Shown here: positions 27,246 through 42,572 of the stretch, piece after piece | How the letters are laid out: each line of letters starts with the position of its first letter | How positions within the stretch are numbered: position 1 is the stretch's first letter | From: Paramecium tetraurelia | Taxonomy: Eukaryota | Reading direction: 5' to 3' | DNA length: 64,000 bases | Assembly: GCA_000165425.1 (NCBI GenBank) | Contig: CT868659.1 | Location: forward strand, 124,001 to 188,000 | Program-made: the position numbers and the translations under genes | The notes under the pieces: generated by a model | Told to the model about the DNA's origin: nothing | The model's database searches: none | Seen by the model: the letters and a program-made list of their open reading frames with translations, nothing else

Positions 27246-27773
27246 AATCTGGAGGTTAATGTTGATGATTAAATATAGTATTCATTAATGTAAAAATTAT
27301 TAAATAAAATAATTACTAATTGAAAAATTATTATTAATTAACATTTGTTAAAGTTTGTGAGGAAGGAATTTCTATAAGTGCTTTGATTAAGTATTAAAGT
27401 CTATCTTGAGTGTAAATTTAGATTTCAAATTTATTTTGAATTTACCAGTGATAATAATTTTATAAACTTAAAGATATTCAATAAAAGGAAGGGTGAAATC
27501 ATGCATATAATTTGATGATATCAATAAATTCAAACTGTTTAAGAAAACAATTTATTAATTAAATAGATTTGAAATTATCTTGAAAGAATGGATTAAGGAT
27601 TTATTTAAGGTATCCTATAAATTTTGATCTATTAAGATTGAGAAGGCCCAAGTAATGGTCATGAGTAAATGAAGAATACTAACTGAATGGAAAACTCATT
27701 GAATCAATTCGATTATTGCTGTTTCAATAAGAGAATATTATTACTAGAAACTTATAGTTTAATAATTAAATAA

Positions 27774-28598
27774 TCACTTTAAAGCATTTTCTTTAAGGTT
27801 TACCATTTTTGACATTAGGTTGTTTAATATCATAGTTTAATTTGCTTTAGGGCTTTTGGTTTGAGCTAATAGACTTTCTGCAATTTGATTTAGTTCAAAG
27901 CTTTTGTTCTTTATTATTGATCTTTCTTTAATTTACATCTTATTATTCAGCACAAGTTATTAAATTTGTTTATTAGATTATTTGAATGTGCTATTATTTA
28001 TGCTATTATCTCTTGAGTGTCTAGGCGAACTGACAATAGACAGGCAAGAAGATTTATTTAACTATAAAAGCTTAGTTAAAGGATTTTTTGACTGAGATTA
28101 TTTAAATTCTTTGTTAACCATAGGAGTTTCTTCAGTTTTGACCTCATCTCTGGTTGTTTTCGGGTAATCTTAAGAGACTTCGTTAATGTTTTCAGTAAGA
28201 CAAATTTGAGATTCTTCATCAATTTGAGTGAGTAGTCGAGGTTCCAAGATCGCTCGTTCTTCAATCAACACTTATTTGTTAAATGAATTTTAGAGATCAT
28301 CTATTACAATGGTAAATATAGCTTAAAGATTTGTCTTAAATATCTCAGAATTTAACTTATAATGTTCTGCTAGTTTGAATTCTTTCATAGAAATTTCCTT
28401 TTGGTTTGCTAATTTTAGTAATTCCTAGTTATATCTGTTATGTACTTAAATAGTAAATTTGTGTTCTTCGGCGAATATATCTTTTATGAGATGATATATC
28501 CGATCTAGGAAGGTACTAGTAAGACGTTTGAAGATGTTCTCAATTTCTAAATACTTTATAGTTTCTTTGTGTAGCCTTAGCACATCAATTTCTTGCAT
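27774..28598 (-). CDS. Hypothetical protein
   Basis: Open ciliate-code frame MQEIDVLRLHKETIKYLEIE... ending ENALK*. Confidence 0.6.
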
Positions 28599-29338
28599 TG
28601 ATAACTATCAATTTTAATTTATAAATATTCGTTAAAAATTAGATTTTAATGTGAAATAATCATACGATATAAGGCAGTATTGTACTTTCATTAATCTCTT
28701 CATATATTTCCTTGCTTGAATCTGATGCTAATTTTGTAATTGAATGAATCTGTTGATTTATGTTTTTATTTTTTCTTTTAATCTACTATCTGCTTCTTTT
28801 TTTGCTGAATTTCATAGCATTTTAATAAATAAATTCTGATTCACTTGATCTTATCTAAATTAAATCTATTCAAATAATTAATATTATCAGTCTCATCTGA
28901 TTAATTATTCATATTTTGGATTCTCAATAAAAAGTAAAATAAACTTATTTTACATTTTAATTTATTTACTCTAGTATGAATTATTGAAATAAATTAATAA
29001 TCTTAGCTTCTTCTTATGAATTTTGTTTACTTCATTTAGTATGACTTAAAAATATTATTCTTATGCTTATTTAAACAAGTCTTCCTTCCTTAAAATTTTG
29101 GAGAATTAAATCAATCATATTCTTTATTAATAAATAAAATGCTCTGTAAGATATAAACCCTCTAAAATATTATTCTCTAAATTGATAATGATAATTTTTT
29201 GATATTTAAAGTTATTTATATTGATTTAATTATTTTGAATTGAAATAACCTAAGATGTAGGTTCATTAAGCAAAAGAAAAAATATTAATATCTTCTTATA
29301 GTGTATTTGTAAAATGGAATAAATTTATATATTTTCAT

Positions 29339-30768
29339 TCAACCCGAATGTTTTTCATTCTTTTTCTAGTTATTGTTATTGTTATTGTTATTGTTATTAT
29401 TGTTATTATTATTATTATTATTTGTTTAAGTTTTGTTTGCCCCTTAATAAAATCCAGTTTAGCCCTGACCTTAAATGGCAGCTCTTTATTAATCACTAAT
29501 ATGATTCATATGCAGAGTCTGAACACCAGCAGCATGAATATTAGGATTAATACTCTAAAAGGATTTCATAACAAATGTCAAAACTGTTCTTCCAACCTGA
29601 AAATTTAATTGCTATTTAAATTACTTATATTGCAATTTTATCCATGCATATAAGATATGGAGTTTAGAGACGAACTAAAGTTCCGAATTTACTATTATTA
29701 TCAACTATAACAAAATTTCCCTTCTCATATTTGATAAAGGCATGTAGTCGCGATACTGAGATATCTGAGATTCTAATTTCGCATTAATGTCCTCGACCTA
29801 ATTTGATTTAATCATCAGGAGTTCCTTTGATAAGGTATATTCCTCTCTAGGCCTTCTTATCCTTTTCAGAGATTTATGTGTTTTCAAGAATTATATATGG
29901 TTGGTTGGGTCTTTCCAAGGCTGCCAAGTCGAGCACTTTTCCTTAGAATCTAATTTATTGAGGCAACAATTCCTAGCATACTTCGCACTCTAATCTACAG
30001 GATATCAGTATTGATACTTCTTCCATCTATAGGAAATTGTATTGCCAGATTCTTTTTTATAACCCCTGCTTTCTAACCATTGCTTTAAACAATTAAAATG
30101 CACATAGGCACAACTTCCATTGCATTTACAAGGAGTGATAAAAGGATCTTCTGGGGTTTCTTCTTCATTTAAACATATTTTGCACTACTATGTTACATTC
30201 CCATCCAAGGAAGGTGTAATTTTAGCTTCTGACTAGAAAACATCCTTCACTGTTCTTATTTGTCCCTTACTGTCTCTGATTTCGATCACATGGTATTCAA
30301 CCCTGCCTAATTTTAGAAGATCCCCCTCTTATAATGTATAACCCTATACTGTAATAAATATTAATACCTTTTAAACACCATCAGCATTTTTTAAACTACG
30401 AACGATTAAATAATTTTCGTTTTCTGTTGAGTTTTAATTCGGTTGAATAAAATATTAGTCTGAATGTTAATAAGAATTATACCTCCTTGGGCTTAAATGG
30501 ATGTTAGAGGTAAGTGCGCCTCATCCTTGGCCTTTCCATCTTATATAACTATTTCATTCTCTATAATAAATTAACCCTTTCAAACCTTCTCTGCTAACTT
30601 TGCATGATCCTTCAACCCTATGTTTTTTAACGCTTAAAGATTTAGTCTCATAATCAAACAATCCATGAGAATCTTTTTGCCAAGTAACAGCTTTCATTTC
30701 CACACTATAAATATAATGATTATTTACTAGTTCTTGTTCTTCGATATAAAAGGAAGGGTAGTTGTCAT
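29339..30768 (-). CDS. FHA + RINGv (C4HC3) + FHA protein (alveolate-type E3 ligase)
   Basis: VTWQKDSHGLFDYE; CKICLNEEE..ITPCKCNGSCAYVHFNCL..W; LGRGHQCEIRISDISVSRLHA..DNNSKFGT; poly-Asn tail. Confidence 0.88.
29370..29422. repeat. (AAT/AAC)n coding microsatellite, poly-Asn on the minus strand
   Basis: tta/ttg triplet run inside the 3' end of the FHA-RING gene. Confidence 0.85.
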
Positions 30769-32040
30769 TTATTCTTGTATTTTTTTTGATTTAATATTAT
30801 TTATTATTCACATTCAAAAACTCATCTCCACCATAAATATTAATATCATCTCGTCATTAAGACCTAAAATTAAGATATTCTCCTGGACTCAGCTCTATCA
30901 CCCAATAAATGTAAATATTTCCAATTCCCATTTGCCCCATTTACCTTTCAAGAAAGCAGAAGAAAAAGAATATCAACCATCTAGAAGTTGGATAGTAATA
31001 GAAATAAAATAGCTTTAAGATATTAAAAACTATTTTTTGTTTATTATTTTACGCAATTTATAAATATCAGTATGTTTCATATGATATTTAAAGAAATAGT
31101 TTAGAATGGGCCTATCTATTTTAAAAAAATGCTAAAATTTAATAATTCAAGTAGAAAATTGTTTGTGTAAAGTAATTTACTCATAGCCTTTGATTATATT
31201 ACATATCTTTTATTAGACAATAAAAGATCTAAATCATATTAAAAAGGTAATTTATACATATTTTTTTAATAAAAATTCAATTTAATTCTACATATTAAAC
31301 CTAGGTTTCAATTTTTAAATTAAAAAATAAAAATGATTGGATCTCAGTACAAATAATAAATAAATATATTGATAAAAATACAAAATGAAGTTCATTATAG
31401 AGTATGTACCTACTTTTGATGTTGACATGCTCTGTTTAGATACCAAAATTGTTTTTCTAAATTTCTAAATTTATAAATAAATGATATTGGCTATGATTTC
31501 TAATTAGTTAATTGCTTTTAAATCGTAAGAATGCAAGAAACTCAGTTAAAAACCATTATCAAATTTTTGGATAGTTAAAAATAATTTAGGTAAGGAAGTC
31601 AATCGCTTTACTCAAGAACGAAGAGTGAATTAGACTATATTTTTTGTGAAACAGACGGTAATTCAATTCTAATGAAAGAAAAACAGAAGGCAAGTTATAA
31701 GTCTGCGTTTCAGAATGATAACTAGCAATTCTTAAATTTATTTTAATTGTTCATCATGTCTCGTAAATTCTATAGAAACTCTAAAAAGTTAAACAAAACG
31801 TAATTTTATCAATGAATTAGGGGAAGCTTGTGCCTCAAGAAAAGTTAAAGTAGTATTTAAAGGGGTTTTTAAAATAGAATATGTTAAAATATTTAAAGAG
31901 TTTAATTTGAATGGTGATCAGAATTTTAGGAATCATTTATGATAACAACAGTTGAAAGACCTTAAAGCAAAATAGTAAATAATATAGAAAGAATGCATTT
32001 ATATACTACTTAATTAGAAGCTTTGATTTAATTTATATTT

Positions 32041-33035
32041 ATGTCTTGGTTATTTAATAAAGCTTAACAGCCAGCACAACAGCTTAAATTACCAGCCTAA
32101 TTTGCGGAGAAGGTCTTAAATTTAGAATTGGATGTTGACTCTAATGCTGCTTCAAAGGATGAGATTCAAGAACTATTATAACTCTATAGTGTAATCAATT
32201 TCTCCTAATCTATTTAGTAAGCTGTTGAGTATTATTCTTCGATGAAATCGGAAAGATATACTGTATTTACAAATAAAATTCAAACTTTATTAATGAAACC
32301 CTACGTAAATAAAATCTTGGGATCGGAGGCCAAATAGGAATAAAAACAAGTTCAATAGCAGAATGCACAGAAAGAATAAATCAAGAACAACATCTAATAT
32401 ATCTAGCAGATGGACAGCAATAAGCAGGTTTAATAGATGATGACAGCTGCAATTGATGAAAAGATCAAAATAGACAATATGATCGCTGACGATTTTAAAT
32501 TATAAGATCATAGAGTCTAATAAAGAATGCTTATGAGAATTAAGGTATTATTAAGAGTTATAATTATTTCTAGGATCCTTCCAAGTACAATTTGGCTATA
32601 TCGAAAAGTACCTCTTTGAGACATCTAAAATTAGACATTGAAAGTTAGAGTTAGCAGTCAACTTTGCCTGATATGTAAGAACAAGGATTGGAAAGTATTT
32701 CTGAATAAGCATTTGATAAAATATCAGAGGCAGAAGCCTAATAACAATTTACTGACTTGATTAAGAATGATAATGATTCAACTGAACAAGTACATCAAAT
32801 CCAAGAAATGAATACATAATCAAATCCCATTTGCTTACCAATCAAACCTTCCTAGATATAGGATCAACATTAGGCTTATTTCATTGATGATCCTCAACCT
32901 ATTGATTAGTAAAATTGGACACCATAACTTGGAGATTTCAGTCATCCAAAAACTAAAAAAGTTAGAGACATGGTTAACAAAAATTAAGTTCTGAAGAAAC
33001 AAAAAATGGAACTGAACAACGTTTTGCCATGTTGA
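32041..33035 (+). CDS. Hypothetical protein (ciliate family)
   Basis: MSWLFNK..FAEKVLNLEL..ELLQLYSQAVEYY; two tiny introns; ends NVLPC*. Confidence 0.7.
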
Positions 33036-33165
33036 ATTTCTATAATTGTAATTTTCTATCATATATAATTATTCTAACGTTTAAAGACTTAGCTAAGAAT
33101 TAATTTAACTAAGTCTTGCTAGGTCCTTTTGTATTAATAATTCTTCAATTTATAATTGATTTTTA

Positions 33166-33732
33166 ATGGGATAAGAAAATTCGAATGCAAAACTAAGCTA
33201 AAATATTATTGTTTTTGGAGTCAACTTGCTACTTGATGAGAAGCTTATGGGTTCTGAATGGTAAAAGGATTAAAGTACTAATAAACTCTTTATTTTTATA
33301 GTAAATTCGTGTCAAGATTTTACATTGTACAAAAACAGTAGTGAGAAACCTAATCAATTATTATGGTGTCCAAAATACTCTTAAGTACTACAGCAAACAG
33401 TTGAATCTATAATTTTAAATATAGAATTTGAGGGAGTGTTATATGTTTTCGAGCACACTCAAGATCAATTTTAATTGAACGAACACAGAAAGTTGATAAA
33501 ATGGTTAATGAGCGAGGATTCTATGAGATAATGTTCACTAGTCCTGTTGTGTGTATCTAAATCAAATGATCTGGCAATTAATATAAAATCATAAATGGAA
33601 ATAGAATTAGATTTGGAATCTATGGATTCTAAACAAGCAAGAAATTTGATAATAAAATAAAAAGAAAAGGAAATTAATCTGTAATTTAAAAAGATTATAA
33701 CACAATTGATTAAAATGAAAAATGATTCATGA
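33166..33732 (+). CDS. Arf-sized protein with Arf-like C-terminal half but no G motifs (putative pseudo-GTPase)
   Basis: MGQ start, NIIVFG, EGVLYVFE..EHRKLIKWLMSEDSMRQCSLVLL; about 179 aa after a 27-nt intron. Confidence 0.55.
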
Positions 33733-34442
33733 TATAAATTATAAAATTTTTAGGTCTTACTATATGAATTAACAAACAATTACAAACTTCTTCAATATAA
33801 CTCATTTATGACTATTAGTTAGGGTATTGAATATCATTCATTCTATTAGAATATAAAACAAAGATTATCTTATTTAATCTTGTATTTATTAAACCTTTCT
33901 CTTATATCCTTACATTTATGTAATAGGTCATGAAATTTACTGAATTAAGTTTTCTATTAGATTATGTGTATTGTTTTTGTTATGGATTATCAATCATTTC
34001 AAAGATTTTGCATAACTCATCACTACTCTACTATTTATTTAGAAAAGCTTTAAAAAATCTCAATTTATATCAATTAATCATAATCTTTAATTTTTGAAAA
34101 TATCCAACTATTTAAATTATGCACATGAATATAGGATAACCCATTCAATACTAGATAACTATTCTAATACATCTTAGATAAGATTGGACATTCAAATATG
34201 TTTAATTTTTAAACTATTTCTTAAAGCAAAATATTCTAAAATTACAAATTTGAGTTTGATATTAAGATATAATATAGATATTGCTATAAAAATAAATATA
34301 CTACCTTTAAGTCTATATAATTTATATTATTGATTATTATTTTTATGGAGTATTATATGTAATCAATAAAAACAAAAATAGTATTAATTAATGAATTTAT
34401 TTATAGTTAAAGTGCATCATACACAATAAATGACTTCAAATT

Positions 34443-35145
34443 TCAAAGGAAAAGGATAAAACAGAGGAGCAAAACAACTTCAATCACAATTATTATTATG
34501 AGCCAACAATTTGAAGACTTTGAGATGATTGATGCAAATTTGGAATTAACGAATGTCATGTCTTTATTGGTTTTGTCCACATCGTCATTTAATTTACTAA
34601 GATCCCTGATCTATTGATTTATGGTTTGATTTATATTCTATCCTGAATACTTTAAAACCATTGCCTTATGATAAAAACATAAAATTACTTGTTCATTGGT
34701 CTAATCTAGTAATTTATCTTATTCTTGTTAGAGATCTTTTTGATTCTTGAAAAGTTCTCTATTTGACATATTGCTTAATTCAGCCATTTATTTAGGAGCT
34801 GCTTGCTACTCTTATTTGGTTTCAAGAACAGCTTTCTTGAATTGCTCGGAGATCAGATCCCTCTAATTCTTAAACTCTTATAATTAATTCCTGCGTTTCT
34901 CCTATTCCTTCTGCATCAAGGTATTCTCTTAAAGTTTCATCAGATCCCCCAGAAGCACTATTTCGCGATCTTAAATCTAAGAAGAGATTCGTACCCAAAG
35001 TTGTCAATTAACCTCGAATTTCCCCTTCTATAATGGTAAACTATTATCCAGCCTTCTTTTTTTGTTCTCGTTTATTGATATCAGTTTTAATAGATACAAT
35101 TAGTTTCTAAATTCGATCAATTTCATTTTTATATTGATCACTCAT
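34443..35145 (-). CDS. Qc-SNARE (syntaxin-8/Syp5-like)
   Basis: Helical N-terminus; SNARE motif QQEQDKLLD..NINQTINQQIRDLSKLNDDVD; C-terminal TM CWLIIIIVIEVVLLLCFILFL*. Confidence 0.85.
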
Positions 35146-35296
35146 ATTAATAATATTAATAATTACAAAATCAATGTATGATGTATTATAATCCAAAGAT
35201 AAATCTATATATTTTAACTTCTGATATGCAGAGATTTAAAAAGTATAACTATTTGTAGAAATGAAGCGTGATTATTTTATAATAATTTTGGATATA

Positions 35297-35785
35297 ATGT
35301 GGTACATAAGGAATTGGATGACGTCTTTATAAGATTCATACAAATTCCTATTCTTTACAATAACTGTGCAGAATAACCTTTTAATTTCTACCTGGACATG
35401 CTTTAGAGAGAAACTCTCTAACCATTTGATTTTGAGATACAAGGTTTCCCAAGAATTAATTGATATGAACGGATCCGTTTGTGGAGGTTCTCTGGCTACA
35501 ATTCTTGATCATACTAAAACTATAGCCATTTTATGAAGAGATAGAAACTATCTAGGACAGTCAGGTATGTACGTATACTATTAAATTTAGTATTGAAGGG
35601 GGATGATCATTTATAATCTCTGCAAAACTGAATGATTCTATATTTGTACTTGCAGTCTATCAAAAAAGTAGATAAGAATGTTACATACTCATTTTGTGAT
35701 ATAATTGAATAATCAGGAATGATATTAGTCAAAACAGACAGACACATTAGACTGGAACATTTTTTGATTTCAAAAAGCATCTAAA
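35297..35785 (+). pseudogene. Decayed hot-dog-fold acyl-CoA thioesterase (ACOT13/PaaI-like)
   Basis: NGSVCGGSLATILD (HGG motif altered), in-frame TGA at 35534-35536, a further TGA near 35604, a frameshift downstream and a residual intron. Confidence 0.7.
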
Positions 35786-35899
35786 ATATTATATAATAAT
35801 TAGATAAACATCTGGTGTGCAATATAAAATTAATTATCAACTATTTGTTTATGGTTCATTTGATTTTTGAATTAAATATAATATTATCTAAAATTGGTT

Positions 35900-37254
35900 A
35901 TGAAACATCGTAAAATTGATCCACAGGAGCAAGAAACAGCTAGTTCAGGTTATTCAACTCCAGATGAGAAAAGTGTCTAAAAATAAGCCAAAATAAAACA
36001 CTTGAGAAAGCATGCGTTTGTCAATCGGATTTCATTCCTTGATGATATGGATAAGGATTCAGAATTGAATAAAAATAGATTGGTAGGGTTTTACAATATG
36101 CTATATGTTGTGGCCTTCTATTACTTTATCATAAATCCTATCATGACATATTGGAAGAGTGGCGAATGGATCGAGACTTCATTGTACAATTAAATGCGTC
36201 GAGATCTGTTCATGTGTATTGTAACATGGCCTTTGGTAATAGATTTATCATTATGAAACAGTTCTATGCTTGGAGTCACATAGCCTTGTTGATTCAATAT
36301 TTAGCAATGATGAACATCCCAAAGGTGCTGATTTTCATAATACAACATGTCAGTCAGATTTTTATGTTTGTATATGCTCAATATTTGGTTCTAACCAGAG
36401 ATTGGTACTTACCCCAAGGTGCCTTTGTAACATTTTAATCATGTGTGTTCTTCTTCAAAATGCATTCATACACTATGACAAATTACAAAATGAGAAGAGA
36501 ATGGATTGATTAAGGTTGTCCCAAAAGCAATGATCCTTTCAGTTATCCAAATAACATAAACTTTAAGAATTTCACCAAGTTTATCATGACTCCTGTATTG
36601 GTTTATGAGCCTTAGTATCCCTCCTCAGGTAAGATAAGATGGTGGTATGTGATTGTTAAATTTATAAACACGATTTCGATGTTAATTATGGGATATATGA
36701 TTGTTTCCAATCACATTTATCCAATAATTTTGAATGTAAATGCCTTAACTCTAGTTGATTCAATATTCTAAATGACTCTACCTTTGATATTTTTATGTTT
36801 GACCTTATTTAACATGATCTTCGAGAATTATTGCAACTTTTGGGCTGAACTTACGCATTTTGGAGATCGTCAATTTTACACCGATTGGTGGAATTCAACA
36901 GATTATGAAGAGTTTAATAGGAATTGGAATAGACCAGTTTATGAATTTCTGTATCGTCATGTGTATTTGGAACTCATTTTTGAATTTGGTTTTGGAGTTA
37001 AGAAGGCCCAATTGGCTACTTTTCTGTTCTCTGCAATTTTGCATGAGTACACACTGGCTGTAAGTTTGAAATAGATTACTCCAATTATGATTATGTTTAT
37101 GATGATCCAAATACCAGTGATGTTATGTACTAAGAGGATTAAGGGAACGAAATTTGGTAATCTATTCTTTTGGTGGGGAATCATTCAAGGATTACCATTA
37201 ATTTTGAATTTATATCTTAGATTCAATGAATTGCCAAAATTATTGTTTGAATGA
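35900..37254 (+). CDS. MBOAT sterol/diacylglycerol O-acyltransferase (ACAT/DGAT1 family)
   Basis: FKMHSY, YPNNI, FYTDWWNS, WNRPVYEFLYRHVY, FSAILHEY. Confidence 0.93.
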
Positions 37255-37293
37255 GTATGAATAAATTATCTATAAATATATCAAATATTATCA

Positions 37294-37646
37294 TCAATTC
37301 ATTTTCTTCAATTCATAACTAAGCAAAGCTTTTTATAAAAGAATATTCCCTTGACAGATCTTCAGTTGCAGTTCAATTTATTATTTGAGAATTTAACGAT
37401 GCTCTTCCATTCGTTTTAAAAAGGCATTTGTTTGTTGGTTTATAAACCCGAAAACTTGAGGTCGTTTCTCATCTTTAACAATTTAGGAATATTAATTAAA
37501 AATTCTTTGAGCGTCACTTTGCATCAAGTATTTTGTATCAAATTTTGGTTCACCATATTACAAAACAAAATTGGCTATAAATTAAGTTGGTACATTTAAA
37601 TACCATTTGATAATTTAAGTTTTTTAACTATTACATCTTCACTCAT
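37294..37646 (-). CDS. Small hypothetical protein
   Basis: MSEDVIVKKLKLSN.. with one 29-nt intron, ends ELKKMN*. Confidence 0.55.
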
Positions 37647-38663
37647 TATATTAAAATAAAAAAAATAATCATTATTATTGATAATTTAAATTAAAATTCT
37701 TTGCTATCTTATTAGAAAGACTAGTTGGAAGAAAGGATGCATAAATATTAATCATCTCCTTCGAATGATGTAATATTGATTACTAATTCCATCTGAATCA
37801 ATTTCGTTTTTGATAAAAGTCGCTCTATAATTAAAGTTGATCAATCTCACATTGAAATTCCTATAAGCCACTTATTATCTGGCATTAATTTTTGTTAATA
37901 TATCTCTTTTGAAATTTACATAATCTTTTTTATCATTCCTAACTCTATGTTTATTTTTAATAGAAAAATCAAATAAAAATGAATAATCCAGGGTGTTTTA
38001 ACAATAAATACATCAGTTAAGTATCAGCTCTTAGGATCCCAAGAGATTATTATATCTGCATTAATTCCCTAGTCAATCTTTTAAGATTAATTGGTTAAAC
38101 TCATAAATGATTTGATTTTAAATTGAAATACAATAATCTACGCTTTAGAATTGCTCTCTAACCTTATGAAGCACTAAATATTTCACATTTATCAATTTAG
38201 GACATAGATAATGAATCCTATTTTACATACATCATGACTTATTGGATGGATTAATTACAATTTTATTTACTACTCACTACAACCTTTAACTTATACCTTC
38301 CTTAACACTAAGCAAGTTTAGAATATATTTTTAAATTTAAATTTTGGAGTTGAATTTAAGTTAAAAAGAAATTATTGATGATAAATTAATTTATAAAATC
38401 TGCAATTCCTATTTTATATTCATTTTGAATGAGAAGAAATTATTTCTGAAATATATAAAAAATTCTATTAAATGTAGATTAATCAATCAAATTGAGATAA
38501 AAATTTAACATACTTCCTTTTCACTTACCTACTCTTGATTTATTAACATCAATTTTAGGAGGTTTATTGCTTTCTATCACAAAATTATAATATTATTTAA
38601 TATTGATTTCACTCATACCTTATACAATTAAATTTATTTCATTATCAATAGTAGATTGTAATA

Positions 38664-39497
38664 ATGTTAAATCATATTGTGGCTAAAGAAGAAGAAGGAT
38701 AGCAAATCCCAGAGTCCCATCAAGTAGCAGACTTGGTAATTTTCTTAAATGAGATAGATAAAGGATTAAAATTCTTTAAGTCCTATTTTTTTACAAAAAT
38801 TAACAAAAACTTCAGAAAAATTTTATAAAGCGTTGGCAAGATTATAGGAAGCTCAATACAAAGAGTAAAATTCTGTCAATCCAAGATATCCTTTTGTCTT
38901 TTAATTCTCTTTCAATGAGATAATTGTAAATTTTAAATATATTGAGTAGGTCCATCTAGGCAGACACTAAGTCTAATTATCTTAGCCATAAGATTCCTAT
39001 AGTTATTAATTCAAAAAAATAAAGCAGATATAGAAAAAACCCACACTCCCCTAAAAGTACTCTGTATAAAAAAGGATTGCTTTTTCTGTTCAAGATCAAA
39101 AAGACTCTAAAAATATACCGAAGAATTACTGTAAAGCTATAATCACTTTTGCATAAAAAAATCAATAATTATGCTTACAAATACTTGGAGATGAATTAAA
39201 AGTTGCCAGATTTACAGATTTCTTATCAAATTAGAAGAAGAAATTACTTAATATTCGAGTTTTCAGTGCATTATTGTAATAATGTGATGATCCTTTTTAA
39301 GAAGAATTCAATCGAACATTTAGAATTATAAGGTATATATTTCTATTAAAATAAGTCAAATCTTTATAAAAAAATACGCAATTAATTATATTTATAATTC
39401 GAAAATTGTATAGCACAATTGGCATATTAGATATAGATAATAAATATATAAAGGAATAAAAAATCCTAAAAGTTTCTCTCATTTAAAGAAGCTTTGA
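38664..39497 (+). CDS. Hypothetical protein (Paramecium-type SKNIPKNYCKAII family)
   Basis: Three tiny introns give a continuous frame ending KNPKSFSHLKKL*. Confidence 0.7.
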
Positions 39498-40283
39498 ATT
39501 AATATTCATAACGTAATAAATTTGAGTTCATTATTCATTTCATAAATTCTCACATAAATCTATAAAAAATATAAGAAAAGAAAGTTGTTTAATAATATAA
39601 ATGTATACATCAAAAATGTAATTCTATTATTAATTTTATTCTATTAAGAACTTTAAAAAATGAAATAAAATCTATTCCAGAAAGAACTTTTTTAATTTTG
39701 GCGAAGACTTATGTTAAACTGAAAATTCAAATTTATTTTTAGAAATCTACAAAAAAGAATTTTACCTTCAATGAAAGTGTGAATGTGTTCTATTCAAAAA
39801 GTACAATACTATAAGATCAGTGAATATTCTTTTAGTCTACAACAATTTCTATCAAATTAATTCAAAATGTAAAACGACCTTTGTTGAAGATGACTCACCA
39901 AAGTAACCTCAATAAAGAGGGTTTTAATAGTTAATTTTAGGAAAATCCTATAAAGAACCAATCAAAAACCCAAACTATGCTACCCATTTGGATCATTTAG
40001 AAAATCAGCCACAAGAGAAGAGTGTAAAATAATGATATCTATAATTCATTCTGAAAAATAGCTTTATAGACTTCCTTGAAGTACCAAACATACATATCAT
40101 AGGTAATCAATTATTTTCTTGGAAAAGGAAACATGCTCATTAATAGCAATTGATTTTAGTCATTTGGACATTTACAAATTTATAGTCTGATGATTATAAT
40201 TGAAAAAGAGCATTACTTGAGTCTTAAATCTGTTGAAAAACTAAGTTTATATAAATATATTATTACTTTCATTATAACAAAAT

Positions 40284-40937
40284 ATGAGTTCAGAGATCAA
40301 CATAAGACAACTGCTTTATTACAAATCTCTTAATCCCAGTATTGTTTCATTATAATTGTTTAGACCCAAGTTAATAATCCCTTCGGGTGGTTAAAACTAT
40401 GCAACATAGGCTCAATAAATTGAGATCAACTGCTCAAAGTGATTTTAGACTTACAACACTCTAAACTTAAACACCAGCAAATAACTTTAGATATGGATTT
40501 AATGTCGATGAACAACAGAATTAGAATTCTTAAATTCATTTTTTGGAAGTTTATGAGCATCCAATGAAACATCTTAATGTAATCAAATATTAATTCAGAG
40601 TTACATTGCAGAGAGTAAAAAGAATATAGCATAACTGCGGGATTAGTCAAATAGAATACGGTTGGAGATGTCGACTATTACTTCCAAATGTGAATTTGAA
40701 TTAAATCAATTACAAAATAATTTTAGAGAGTCTATGAACTAAAAATATAAATTGCTTAAAGAGGATAATGTATAATTCATAGAAGAACAATACAGATTGT
40801 CGAAAGAATACTCAAGATTAGTTAAGGCTAAATAACTTATGGAAGAGAAGCAACAATAATTATTAAAAAGAGTAGTTTAATTAGAGAACACTTTGCAAGG
40901 AGTAACGCTTGAGTTAAAGCATGATCAAAATTTTTGA
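40284..40937 (+). CDS. Hypothetical coiled-coil protein
   Basis: MSSEINIRQLLYY..; introns of 25 and 20 nt; ends HDQNF*. Confidence 0.65.
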
Positions 40938-41090
40938 TATTGATATTAGATACAGTGAGTATTATAAATTTAGTAAACAAACAGATAAATCGAATTTGTT
41001 TGCTTAAATATGAAAAATGAATAAAATAGTAATAACTAATTATTACTTATTTAAATTTGTTACATCATCATTAATGCCATGTTCCCTTTC

Positions 41091-42216
<1,126 letters not shown>

Positions 42217-42572
42217 TATAAACAAAATATTTATATTTTAATAAAGACCTATAAATAATACACAGGATATAAATAGAATAGATGTGTATTAGTCTATCAT
42301 CTCAATTGATTCTACTTAGGAATTATATATTACAAATAAAATTGAATAATTGTCCTACATCATAAATTAACTTCAATGAATTAATATTATATATCTAAGA
42401 TTGAAGTTCAATGAGATGTAAATTGGTTTGAATGAAATAATAAATATATTAAGACATCTCAGGAGATCCAAAATTATAGTAAACAGTATATCCTAAAGAA
42501 TCATTAGTTAATACATGTAATATTCTATAAATTAAAATTATATTAAATATTGTTAAATTCATATTTTCTAGT

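Noticed and set aside
31385..31940. ORF-like stretch
   Set aside because: Frames are interrupted and there is no recognisable homology
35534..35536. In-frame TGA as selenocysteine or readthrough
   Set aside because: Accompanied by another stop and a frameshift; not at a Cys position; no SECIS recognised
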